Positions 28,783 to 40,146 of a stretch of DNA of 62,206 bases are shown piece by piece. The position numbers and the translations under genes are program-made. Source of the DNA: an uncultured Ruminococcus sp. (GTDB taxonomy: Bacteria > Bacillota > Clostridia > Oscillospirales > CAG-272); contig CAYWFS010000005.1 in the NCBI GenBank assembly GCA_964457685.1, forward strand, positions 1 through 62,206, in the 5' to 3' direction. The stretch's first letter is position 1. The number at the start of each line of letters is the position of its first letter. The notes under the pieces were generated by a model. That model was not told the DNA's origin. It did not search any database and saw nothing but the letters and a program-made list of their open reading frames with translations.

Positions 28783-31011
28783 ATGCAATTTTTATACGCA
28801 CTGATCAACTTTCTGATACTTGCATTCCTTGTGTGGCTGCTCGGCAGAAAGATGATTGCCTCGATATTCCAAAAGAGGCTGGAAAAAATAAACAAAGAGC
28901 TTGATGAAGCCGAAGAAATAGAGCGAACCGAATACGAGTCTCCCGATCTTCCCGACATACCGCTCAAAACCGACGGTGAAATTACAAAAGTAGCCGAAAA
29001 GAAGATAGAAGCTATCGAACATTCCAAGGAAGAACGCATTGACAATATCAAAAAGCATTGCGATGCCGAAATACTTGAAATGTGCTACGATATTGTATCG
29101 GGAAAAAGAGGGGAGCTTATAGTTAAGGTAAGAGACAGAATCGCCTCTCTCCTTGCAAGTGAGCCTTATCATACGGAGCTTCATGAAAGACTTATAGGTA
29201 TGGCTGACAAAATCCTCGAGTGCATAAAGCTTACTCCCGGTGACATCGCATACCTTAATAACCACGATGTTCTTTACGTTACACTTACCTCCGCAGAGCC
29301 GCTTCCCGATTACATCGTCGAAAAAATAGATGAAAAAACAAAGCAGCTTGTCGGAGAAGTAAACGGAAAGACTTCTCTTTGGGTCAGAGTTGACGAGGAG
29401 CTTATCGGCGGTCTCAGACTCCGTATAGGTGATACCGTTTATGACTCAACAGTTACAAACCATTTGTACAATCTTCAGAAAACTCTCGAAAAGCGTCCCC
29501 TCCATGGTGATGAAACTCCCGAGGAGATAATAGCGGACGTGCTCGAGGGAATATCCTCCATAGACATGGAAATACAGCAGTTCCAGCTCGGACGTGTAAT
29601 CAGCATTTCCGATGGTATCTGTTGGCTTGACGGTCTTGCGGATATAATGTACGGCGAAGTAGTCGAATTCGATTGCGGTGAACGAGGAATGGTTCTCGAT
29701 ATCGAGCATGACAAAATCGGCTGTATAGTATACGGAAGCTATGAGCATATTGAAGCCGGAAGCCGTGTAAGACGTGTGGGCAGAATAGCAAGCGTTTCCG
29801 TTGGTGAAGAGCTTCTTGGACGAGTTGTAGACCCTCTCGGTCATGCACTTGACGGCAGAGGCAGAATCTGGACTAAAGAAAAGCGTCCGATAGAGTTTGC
29901 GGCTCCCTCGATTCCCGACAGAGGTGCGGTATGCCGTCCTATGCACACGGGTATCAAAGCTATCGACGCACTTGTTCCGATAGGAAAGGGTCAGCGTGAG
30001 CTTATCATAGGCGACCGTCAGACAGGTAAATCCTCGATAATCCTCGATACGATAATAAATCAGAGAGGAAACGATACCATCTGTATCTATGTTGCAATAG
30101 GTCAGAAGGATACCACAATCGCAGAGGTAGTTGACAAACTCGAAAAGAACGGTGCCATGAATTATACTACAATAGTGTGTGCTCCTGCTTCAAGCTCGGC
30201 ATCACTCCAGTATATAGCACCGTTTGCGGGAGCGGCAATGGCTGAATACTTTATGTACTCCGGCAGAGACGTTCTTATATTCTACGATGACCTCTCAAAG
30301 CACGCAGTAGCATACCGTGAGCTTTCACTCCTACTTCATAGACCCTCCGGTCGTGAAGCATATCCGGGTGACGTGTTCTACCTCCATTCAAGACTTCTCG
30401 AACGTGCCGCACAGCTGTCCGAAGAGCTTGGTGGCGGTTCAATGACTGCACTTCCCGTAATCGAAACTCAGGCAGGAGATATTTCCGCATATATACCGAC
30501 AAACGTAATTTCCATAACAGACGGTCAGATATTCCTCGAATCCGAGCTGTTCAATGAGGGACAGAGACCGGCGGTCAACGTGGGTCTTTCGGTATCCCGT
30601 GTGGGAAGTGCCGCTCAGACAAAGCTCATGAAGCAGGTATCGGGCAGCCTTAGAATGCGTCTTGCTCAGTACAGAGAGCTTGCGGGATTTGCACAGTTCG
30701 GCTCAGATCTCGACGCAGATACAAAATCGGTTCTTGATTCCGGTAAGCGTATGATGGCGGCTCTCAGACAGGGAAGATTCGCTCCCCTTGAGGACTGGCA
30801 GCAGGCACTTATCATATTTGCACTTTCCGAGGGATTTGCTTCTACAGTTGCCGAAAAAGATATTGCGGATTATGAGCGTGAGCTTTATTCCTATTTTGAA
30901 GCAAACTGCGGAGATATAGTTTCCGAGCTTAAAACAGGTGCTAAAATGTCTCCCGAGCTTATGACAAAAATAAAGAACGCACTCTCCGAAATGGCGAAAG
31001 CAGAGGCATAA
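28783..31011 (+). CDS. atpA: Fused ATP synthase subunit: b-like anchor, delta (OSCP) C-terminal domain and a full alpha subunit
   Basis: Single uninterrupted 742-aa ORF. Residues 1-25 form a b-type TM helix (MQFLYALINFLILAFLVWLLGRKMI) followed by a coiled coil. Residues about 165-235 match the delta C-terminal domain (VTLTSAEPLP...VDEELIGGLRLRIGDTVYDSTVTNHLYNL). Residues from about 245 are a complete alpha (GRVISISDGICWLDGLADIMYGEVVEF..., Walker A GDRQTGKSS). Confidence 0.85.
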   Translation: MQFLYALINFLILAFLVWLLGRKMIASIFQKRLEKINKELDEAEEIERTEYESPDLPDIPLKTDGEITKVAEKKIEAIEHSKEERIDNIKKHCDAEILEMCYDIVSGKRGELIVKVRDRIASLLASEPYHTELHERLIGMADKILECIKLTPGDIAYLNNHDVLYVTLTSAEPLPDYIVEKIDEKTKQLVGEVNGKTSLWVRVDEELIGGLRLRIGDTVYDSTVTNHLYNLQKTLEKRPLHGDETPEEIIADVLEGISSIDMEIQQFQLGRVISISDGICWLDGLADIMYGEVVEFDCGERGMVLDIEHDKIGCIVYGSYEHIEAGSRVRRVGRIASVSVGEELLGRVVDPLGHALDGRGRIWTKEKRPIEFAAPSIPDRGAVCRPMHTGIKAIDALVPIGKGQRELIIGDRQTGKSSIILDTIINQRGNDTICIYVAIGQKDTTIAEVVDKLEKNGAMNYTTIVCAPASSSASLQYIAPFAGAAMAEYFMYSGRDVLIFYDDLSKHAVAYRELSLLLHRPSGREAYPGDVFYLHSRLLERAAQLSEELGGGSMTALPVIETQAGDISAYIPTNVISITDGQIFLESELFNEGQRPAVNVGLSVSRVGSAAQTKLMKQVSGSLRMRLAQYRELAGFAQFGSDLDADTKSVLDSGKRMMAALRQGRFAPLEDWQQALIIFALSEGFASTVAEKDIADYERELYSYFEANCGDIVSELKTGAKMSPELMTKIKNALSEMAKAEA

Positions 31012-31012
31012 T

Positions 31013-33279
<2,267 letters not shown>

Positions 33280-33281
33280 GC

Positions 33282-33596
33282 ATGGAAAACACTACGCAAA
33301 AGAAAATGCTCACAGTCTGCGTTGTAACTCCCTCGGGAGACGAATGCAGCTTTGAATGCGATTCCGTGCAAATGCTTGCTCAGGATAACGAAAAGGGAAA
33401 CGGCGGAGGCTCATTCGGTGTGAGATACGGTCATGCCGATGCACTTGCCGCCCTTGAATGCGGTGAACTGAAAGCATATGTTGACGGAAAGCTTACAATG
33501 TCTCTCATGTGCGGCAGAGGATATGCAAAGATAAAATCCGACCGTGTGACAGTCATTACAGATCATTACGAAATGTCAAACGCTGACAGAACATAA
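33282..33596 (+). CDS. atpC: F0F1 ATP synthase subunit epsilon, beta-sandwich domain only
   Basis: About 104 aa from the ATG at 33282 (a TTG at 33276 is an alternative). The protein ends a few residues after the last beta strand (VTVITDHYE), so there is no C-terminal helical hairpin. Confidence 0.8.
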   Translation: MENTTQKKMLTVCVVTPSGDECSFECDSVQMLAQDNEKGNGGGSFGVRYGHADALAALECGELKAYVDGKLTMSLMCGRGYAKIKSDRVTVITDHYEMSNADRT

Positions 33597-33680
33597 AAAT
33601 AACACCCGAATTACGGAACACCCCCCAAAATTGTTGGATTTTTGAGGAACTGTTCATAGCTCGGGTGTTATTTATTTTTT
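33597..33680 (+). repeat. Copy C (shortened) of the nested-hairpin repeat, inside a bidirectional terminator
   Basis: The outer stem AATAACACCCGA/TCGGGTGTTATT encloses GGAACACCCCCCAAAATTGTTGGATTTTTGAGGAACTGTTC. It shares the CCCCCCAAAA...TTTGAGGAACT ends with the other copies but lacks the central GTYAG/CTAAC hairpin. Confidence 0.5.
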
Positions 33681-33687
33681 GCTTTAA

Positions 33688-35574
33688 TCAGCTTTTTCTG
33701 AGATTTTCCTTGTTGTACTGGAGCATATAAAGCTCATAATATCTTCCGCGTTTTGCAAGAAGCTCATCGTGGTTTCCTTCTTCGAGAATTTCGCCGTGAG
33801 ACATTACGATTATCTTATCGGCGTGCTGAATGGTCGAGAGACGATGTGCAACAATAAGCATGGTTCCGATATTCATCATTTTGGAAAGTGAATCCTGAAT
33901 GAGAAGCTCGGTTTCAGTGTCGATATTTGCGGTGGCTTCGTCAAGTATCATTACTTCGGGTCGCTGTACTATCGTTCTTGCGAATGAGAGAAGCTGTCTC
34001 TGACCTGCGGAGAAGTTGTTTCCTCTTTCACGAACCTCTTCGTCAAGACCTGCGGAAAGCTTTGATATGAACTTGTCTGCGTTTACCTCACGGCAAGCTT
34101 CCATTATTTCAGCGTCCGAAACATCGTCACGGCGGAGAAGAATGTTACTTCTTATAGTTCCCGAGAAAAGGAATACATCCTGTAGCATCTGACCGAAATG
34201 ACGGCGGAGAGAGCTTATCTTGAATTTCTTTATGTCGATACCGTCAATGAGAATCTGTCCCTTTTGAATATCGTAGTTGCGGCATATGAGAGAGAGAATC
34301 GTTGTTTTACCGGAGCCTGTGGAACCTACAAAAGCAACTGTCTCCTTTGCGTTTACCTTAAACGATACATCCTTAAGCACCCATTCGCCGGGATTGTACG
34401 CAAACCATACGTTTTTAAATTCAATATCGCCGTTTATATGCTCGATGTCAATAGCGTCATCTTCGTCAACCACATCGGGAGTTATCGCAAAGATTGTGAA
34501 TATCTTTTCTGCGGAGGCAAGAGCGGACTGTAACCAGTTGAACTGCTCTGCAAGGCTCTGAATCGGGTTGAAGAACTTTGAAATGTACATATAGAATGTA
34601 ACAAGAGTACCGCTTGTGATGGTCTGACCGAGGAAAGATGTGTCCTTGATATATCCTCTGCCGCAGAGATAGAGAAGACACATGACGGAGGAGATATAAA
34701 GCATATATACAAGAGGACGGAATATACCGAAGACGAATATCTGCTTCTGCTTTGCACTTCCGAGCTTGCGGTTCTTTTCTTCAAAGCATTCCTTTTTGTA
34801 TTCCTCACGGTTGAACACCTGAATAATTTTCATTCCCGAAAGATGCTCTGAAAGATATGTATTTATATCTGTGGAAGCGTCCTTAACTTCACGGTAAGCC
34901 TTTCTGGAGAACTTACGGAAGATAACGGTAAAGAGTACGATAAACGGCACGAAGCAAAGAACCATAAGAGTAAGCTCATAGTTCAGACAGAGCATGGCAC
35001 AAAGTACGCCGATTATGACGAAAGTGTTCTTCACAAGGTTTACTATAATATTTGTAAACATCATGGAGATTGCGTCTGTGTCGTTGGTTACTCTTGTTAC
35101 AAGCTTTCCGACGGGGATGGAGTTCTGCTGTGCGTGTGAAAGAGACTCAATATGCTCAAACAAATCGAGACGAACTGCGGAGACTATCTTCTGACCCGTC
35201 TTTTGAAGAACGATCGCCTGAATATATGTGCAAACAAGAGAAACGATGAGTATTCCCGCATATACCGCAACATACGAGAACAGCAGACTCATTTCAAAGT
35301 CGTTTTTGATTATCTCCTCGATTTTACCGATAAGCAGGGGAGAAACTATATCGTATGCAATCGAGAACATCATAATGAAAAGGACTGCAACGAAGTTTTT
35401 GGTGTAGGGCTTTGCGTATTTCAAAAGAGACGCTATTATTTCGGAGTCCTTCATTGTTCTGTCGAAGCCGATAGCCTCTTTTTTGTCCTTTATCGAAAGG
35501 TATGCGATAATAAATATTACCGATATTGCTCCGATAAAAGCACCGACTATAAGTAAGGGATAAAATTCTCTCAT
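33688..35574 (-). CDS. ABC exporter, fused permease/ATPase (heterodimer partner)
   Basis: 628 aa with 6 TM segments plus an NBD. Walker A GSTGSGKTT, signature FSAGQRQL and Walker B ILDEATA are present. Confidence 0.9.
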   Translation of the reverse strand: MREFYPLLIVGAFIGAISVIFIIAYLSIKDKKEAIGFDRTMKDSEIIASLLKYAKPYTKNFVAVLFIMMFSIAYDIVSPLLIGKIEEIIKNDFEMSLLFSYVAVYAGILIVSLVCTYIQAIVLQKTGQKIVSAVRLDLFEHIESLSHAQQNSIPVGKLVTRVTNDTDAISMMFTNIIVNLVKNTFVIIGVLCAMLCLNYELTLMVLCFVPFIVLFTVIFRKFSRKAYREVKDASTDINTYLSEHLSGMKIIQVFNREEYKKECFEEKNRKLGSAKQKQIFVFGIFRPLVYMLYISSVMCLLYLCGRGYIKDTSFLGQTITSGTLVTFYMYISKFFNPIQSLAEQFNWLQSALASAEKIFTIFAITPDVVDEDDAIDIEHINGDIEFKNVWFAYNPGEWVLKDVSFKVNAKETVAFVGSTGSGKTTILSLICRNYDIQKGQILIDGIDIKKFKISSLRRHFGQMLQDVFLFSGTIRSNILLRRDDVSDAEIMEACREVNADKFISKLSAGLDEEVRERGNNFSAGQRQLLSFARTIVQRPEVMILDEATANIDTETELLIQDSLSKMMNIGTMLIVAHRLSTIQHADKIIVMSHGEILEEGNHDELLAKRGRYYELYMLQYNKENLRKS

Positions 35575-37355
35575 CAGTCGTTTACCTCCTTTTCTTCATC
35601 CAAACGCTGAAGCTCTACCATTTTATGGTACTCACGATTTGTTTCGTAAAGCTCGTTGTGTGTGCCGACAGCCGCTATTTTGCCATCGCTTATAAAGACT
35701 ACCTTGTCCATTTTCTCAACCGCAGTGACTCTGTGTGCGATAAGGAGAGTTGTCTTTCCCTTGCGTGTTTGTCTGAGATTGTCGAGAATTTTCTTTTCCG
35801 TATTTGTGTCAACCGCAGATACAGAGTCGTCAAGGATAAGTATCGGTGCGTTTTTGATTATAGCTCTTGCAATGGAAATTCTCTGCTTCTGACCGCCCGA
35901 TACCGTAACACCACGCTCACCGAGTATCGTTTCATATCCGTCGGCAAAATCGGTTATGTTTTCGTGTACGTCCGAGATTACGGCGGCATTTTCAACAGCT
36001 TCATGCTTTATTGAAGTGTCGGCAAAGGTGATGTTGTTTTCGATAGTGTCGGAGAAGAGGAAGTTGTCCTGCGGAACATATGCGATGGATGAGCGAATAT
36101 CCTTGATCTTCATTTCGTTTACGTCTGTTCCGTCAATGAAAAGTGTACCATCCTCTACGTTGTAGGTTCTGAGAAGAAGATCGACAAGTGTGGTCTTTCC
36201 CGAACCCGTAGCACCGATAATACCGATGTTTTCGCCGGCTTTAATACTCAGACAAATATCGTCAAGTGCATTGAAATCCGCAAAAGGATAACGGAAAGAG
36301 AGGTGTCTGTATTCGATGTCTCCCTTTAAGCTTTCGATGTGACGTGCCTTTTCACTGTCAACAACCTCGGGCTGTGCATCGAGAAGTGTTCCGATTCTGT
36401 CAAGGGAAGCTTTACCTCTGGAGTGCATTTCAATGAGCTGTGATATAGCCATGATAGGCCAAACTATGGAGGTGAAATAGCCGATAAACTCAATAAGCTC
36501 ACCTGCGTTGAAAATATCGCTGTGAACAAGGTATCCGCCGTAGCCGAGAATAACGCAAATTATAGATTCGACAAAAAGGGTGACGAATATATTAAGGAAA
36601 GTCGAGACCTTGGTGTATTCTACGTTTGCGTCCTCGTTTTCGCTGTTGAGCTTGCGGAATGCCATAAGCTCTGCGGTTTCACGAACGAATGCTTTGATTA
36701 CGGAAATACCGGAAAAGCTTTCCTGCGAAAAATCCGAAAGATTTGAAAATGCCGCCTGACGTGTTTCCCATTTTTTCTGCATGGTCTTTCCGACAACGGT
36801 ACCGACACTGAGAAGAAGCACCATGGGGATAAGAGAAAGCAGTGTGAGCATATGGTTCATTTTCCACATCTTCCACATTGAGAGAACGCCGAGAAGAAGT
36901 GCATCGAAGAACATGAGAACACCGTCTCCGAAGCATTCCTGAACGGTTTGGAGGTCGTTTGTGAATCTTGACATAAGATCGCCGACCTTGTTTGTCTGAT
37001 AGAAGGAGACAGAAAGATCCTTGCATCTGTCAAACATACGACTTCTGAGATCTGTCTCGACACGGATGGCAGAACCGAAGAAGCAAATTCTCCACAAAAA
37101 TCTGCCGAATACCATGGCGATTATGACGAATATCATCGGACGGCATACTTCATCGAGAAGAAAGGTCATGTCGAAATCACGAACAGTGCCGTCTGAAAGT
37201 GTAACTATCCCGTCGTTAAGTCCGTTTACCACGGTTTTGTAAAGCTCGGGGATGATGAGCTGGAAGTAGTCTACCATAACAAGTGCAAGGATTCCAAGCA
37301 GCAGTATGGCACCGTACTTCAGGTAATATTTGTTCAGATGTTTTCCGAAAAGCAA
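35574..37355 (-). CDS. ABC exporter, fused permease/ATPase (heterodimer partner)
   Basis: Walker A GATGSGKTT, signature VSGGQKQRISIARA and Walker B ILDDSVSA are present. The start is set to the TTG at 37355, 6 nt after AAGGAGGA. A TGATG junction links it to the downstream gene. Confidence 0.9.
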   Translation of the reverse strand: MLFGKHLNKYYLKYGAILLLGILALVMVDYFQLIIPELYKTVVNGLNDGIVTLSDGTVRDFDMTFLLDEVCRPMIFVIIAMVFGRFLWRICFFGSAIRVETDLRSRMFDRCKDLSVSFYQTNKVGDLMSRFTNDLQTVQECFGDGVLMFFDALLLGVLSMWKMWKMNHMLTLLSLIPMVLLLSVGTVVGKTMQKKWETRQAAFSNLSDFSQESFSGISVIKAFVRETAELMAFRKLNSENEDANVEYTKVSTFLNIFVTLFVESIICVILGYGGYLVHSDIFNAGELIEFIGYFTSIVWPIMAISQLIEMHSRGKASLDRIGTLLDAQPEVVDSEKARHIESLKGDIEYRHLSFRYPFADFNALDDICLSIKAGENIGIIGATGSGKTTLVDLLLRTYNVEDGTLFIDGTDVNEMKIKDIRSSIAYVPQDNFLFSDTIENNITFADTSIKHEAVENAAVISDVHENITDFADGYETILGERGVTVSGGQKQRISIARAIIKNAPILILDDSVSAVDTNTEKKILDNLRQTRKGKTTLLIAHRVTAVEKMDKVVFISDGKIAAVGTHNELYETNREYHKMVELQRLDEEKEVND

Positions 37356-37532
37356 AATCGCTCCTCCTTGTTTATGCAAATAATTAAAAAATCCGTACAA
37401 TATTAAATAATAGCATAAGAGTGATGAAAAATCAATAGATATAGAAATAAATTATATAATAATAAGGAATTATTTGAGCGTTTGAAACGAAAAAGTTTGT
37501 ATGACATAAATCTCTCGGAAAACGTCGCCTCA

Positions 37533-37561
37533 TTGACAATTCAGGCGGTGTATGCTATAAT
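37533..37561 (+). promoter_or_regulatory. Promoter of the dlt-like cluster (TTGACA-17-TATAAT)
   Basis: TTGACAattcaggcggtgtatgcTATAAT is a perfect consensus about 42 nt upstream of the ATG at 37603. Confidence 0.75.
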
Positions 37562-37602
37562 AACTTGTAATAATGCGATGTTATCTGAATGAGGGGAAAA
37601 CT

Positions 37603-39132
37603 ATGTATCAGCTGAATAATGCCGCCGAATATCTCGTAAAAACCGCGGCTCGAATCCCGAATAAGCTTGCCTTTGCCGATGACGGTCGAGGATATACGTT
37701 CGGTGAACTGCTTGCGGCTTCAATGAGTGCGGGTGAGCAAATATATCGTGAAGTCGAAGGAATAAGAAAGCGTATTGCCGTTATCGTGGACAGAAGTGCC
37801 GTGTCGCTTGTCGGTTGCTTCGGGGTGCTTTTTGCCGGCTCCTGCTATGTTCCGATAGACAACAAAATGCCTGAAGACAGAATGAACGATATACTCTCTC
37901 AGATAGAGCCGTCGGCAGTTCTGTATTCGCTGAAGGACAAAAAAACCGCGGCAAAGCTTGAGGGAAAATATAAAACTCTTCTTATCGAGGAAATATCCGA
38001 AAAGCCTTATGACCCGTTTTTGTGGGATAAAATATCGGCAGAGGTTCTCGATATCGACCCGGCTTATATGATATTTACATCAGGCTCTACAGGAAAGCCG
38101 AAAGGTATACTTATCTCCCACAGAAGCCTTATAGATTTTACGGAATGGATGGCGGAGACTACGGAAATTACCGAAGACAGTGTACTCGGAAATCAGGCAC
38201 CGTTCTATTTTGACCTCTCGGTAAAGGATATATATCAGACTCTCAGAAACGGCTGTACGACCTACATCATCGCAAAGAAGCTGTTTATGTTCCCGACACT
38301 GCTTGTTGATTATCTGAACGAACATGAGGTGAACACTCTTATTTGGGCTACATCTGCGTTCAGAATGGTTGCGGATTCGGGAATATTCGAGAAAAAACAG
38401 CCGAGCAGCATAAGAAAAGCGATTCTCGGCGGTGAAGCTTTACAGGCAAAGCACGTCAATAAATGGAAAAAAGCAGTTCCGAATATCAACGTGATAAATC
38501 TCTACGGACCTACAGAGGTAACCGTTGACTGTACATACTATAAGCTTGAGCGTGATTTTGAAGACGGTGAGCCGATTCCGATCGGAAAAGCCTGCAAAAA
38601 CATGGAGGTTATCCTGCTTGACGATGAACTGAGACCGGTAGAAGACGGAGAAGCAGGGGAAATATGCGTGCGTGGAATAGGACTTGCTCTCGGATATTTC
38701 GGAGACAGCGAGAAAACCGAAAAAGCATTCATACAAAACCCAATGAATCCGTACTATCCCGATAAGCTGTATCGCACGGGAGATATTGCAAAAAGACTGC
38801 CCGACGGAAATCTCGTGTTCCTCTCACGTCGAGACAATCAGATAAAGCACATGGGTTATCGCATTGAGCTTGGGGAAATAGAAAACGCACTGTCGGCTGT
38901 CAGCGGTGTAGGAGACGCTATTTGCTTCTTTGATTCCGATGATGACGCTATCGTATGTTGCTGTGCATCTTCTCTTGATCAAACAGAGCTTGCGGTAAGT
39001 CTAAAGGACAAGGTTCCGCGTTATATGCTTCCGAATGTTTGGAGAATATACGACAGACTTCCGATAAATGCGAACGGAAAGATTGACCGCCCACGTCTCA
39101 AGGAAAGCTACTTCAATGAAAAAAATAAATGA
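37603..39132 (+). CDS. DltA-like amino-acid adenylation enzyme (carrier-protein ligase)
   Basis: A-domain core motifs FTSGSTGKPKG, FYFDLSV (Asp that binds an alpha-amino group), LYGPTE, YRTGD and NGKIDR are present. The start is set to the ATG at 37603, after GAGGGGAAAACT. Confidence 0.8.
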   Translation: MYQLNNAAEYLVKTAARIPNKLAFADDGRGYTFGELLAASMSAGEQIYREVEGIRKRIAVIVDRSAVSLVGCFGVLFAGSCYVPIDNKMPEDRMNDILSQIEPSAVLYSLKDKKTAAKLEGKYKTLLIEEISEKPYDPFLWDKISAEVLDIDPAYMIFTSGSTGKPKGILISHRSLIDFTEWMAETTEITEDSVLGNQAPFYFDLSVKDIYQTLRNGCTTYIIAKKLFMFPTLLVDYLNEHEVNTLIWATSAFRMVADSGIFEKKQPSSIRKAILGGEALQAKHVNKWKKAVPNINVINLYGPTEVTVDCTYYKLERDFEDGEPIPIGKACKNMEVILLDDELRPVEDGEAGEICVRGIGLALGYFGDSEKTEKAFIQNPMNPYYPDKLYRTGDIAKRLPDGNLVFLSRRDNQIKHMGYRIELGEIENALSAVSGVGDAICFFDSDDDAIVCCCASSLDQTELAVSLKDKVPRYMLPNVWRIYDRLPINANGKIDRPRLKESYFNEKNK

Positions 39133-39901
39133 TATATCGGAGCTGACCTCTCTTGTTAATGCTCATTTCGGCAGGGAATATGCTACAAACTATTTTCTCA
39201 GCCGAGATGAAGCGGAAAAATACATTGCAAACGGAGATATGCTGTTTACCGAGCAAAACGGAAGCCTGTTCATTGTTCGCAGAAAGGGCGAGTTTTCCAC
39301 AATGTATTACTCCGTGAAGATAGGAGATGGAATTAACCTTTCTTTTCTCGATTTATGCCCGTGGTGCTGTACGGTTGTCGAGACTGCTTTCCGAGAAAAA
39401 GATATTGGACTGAAATCAGCGGATGAAGCACTTATAAACGGAGGTGCCGTGCGTGAGTTCTTTAGGAAGAGAATGGCAAGGAAAAGCCCCGAAGACAGCA
39501 TAACGGACACACTTTCCGAGAAAATACATTATGCCGAAGACATAAAATATGTGTACGACCTCATGTATTCGTCATTTTCGCCGCTTACCGGGTGCTTGCC
39601 TACAGAATCGGAGACAAGCGAAGCCGTAAAAGAGAGGGAGATACTTTGTCACGAAAGCGGAGGAATTTTGCATTTCAAAAAGGCAAAGGCTTCATATGAG
39701 CTGAGACATCTTTGCGTTGACGAATGTGCGAGAGGGCAGGGAATAGGTGCGTCTCTTGTTAAGGCATATAACGGAATTGTTCCTAAAAAAAGCGTTGTAT
39801 GGGTGAGAGAGGGTTATACTCCCGCCGAAAAAATATATGAAAACAACGGATATACTGCCGACGGAATGCGTTCCTCGGTACTTATATACAAGAAAGGATA
39901 A
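39116..39901 (+). CDS. GNAT-family N-acetyltransferase-like protein
   Basis: The start is set to the ATG at 39116, a 17-nt overlap with the upstream gene. The C-terminal half has the acetyl-CoA motif A LCVDECARGQGIGASLVKAY. The N-terminal half is unassigned. Confidence 0.65.
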   Translation: MKKINDISELTSLVNAHFGREYATNYFLSRDEAEKYIANGDMLFTEQNGSLFIVRRKGEFSTMYYSVKIGDGINLSFLDLCPWCCTVVETAFREKDIGLKSADEALINGGAVREFFRKRMARKSPEDSITDTLSEKIHYAEDIKYVYDLMYSSFSPLTGCLPTESETSEAVKEREILCHESGGILHFKKAKASYELRHLCVDECARGQGIGASLVKAYNGIVPKKSVVWVREGYTPAEKIYENNGYTADGMRSSVLIYKKG

Positions 39902-39906
39902 CAAAA

Positions 39907-40146
39907 ATGAAAAACGAAAACAAGGAAAAGCTTCTCGAAATACTTACCGACATCTGTCCCGATGTGGATTTTGAAAACGAAACCGAGCTTATAGACGACG
40001 GACTTATCGAGTCCCTCGACATAGTTGCAATAGTTACGGAAATAATGGCGGAGTTTGACGTTGAAATTAACGTAGACGACCTTCTTCCCGAAAACTTTAA
40101 CTCCGTAGACGCTATTCTTGAGCTTATAGAATCAAAGAGAGACTGA
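39907..40146 (+). CDS. DltC-like acyl/aminoacyl carrier protein
   Basis: 79 aa and acidic, with the phosphopantetheine Ser context DDGLIESLDIVAIV. Confidence 0.8.
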   Translation: MKNENKEKLLEILTDICPDVDFENETELIDDGLIESLDIVAIVTEIMAEFDVEINVDDLLPENFNSVDAILELIESKRD

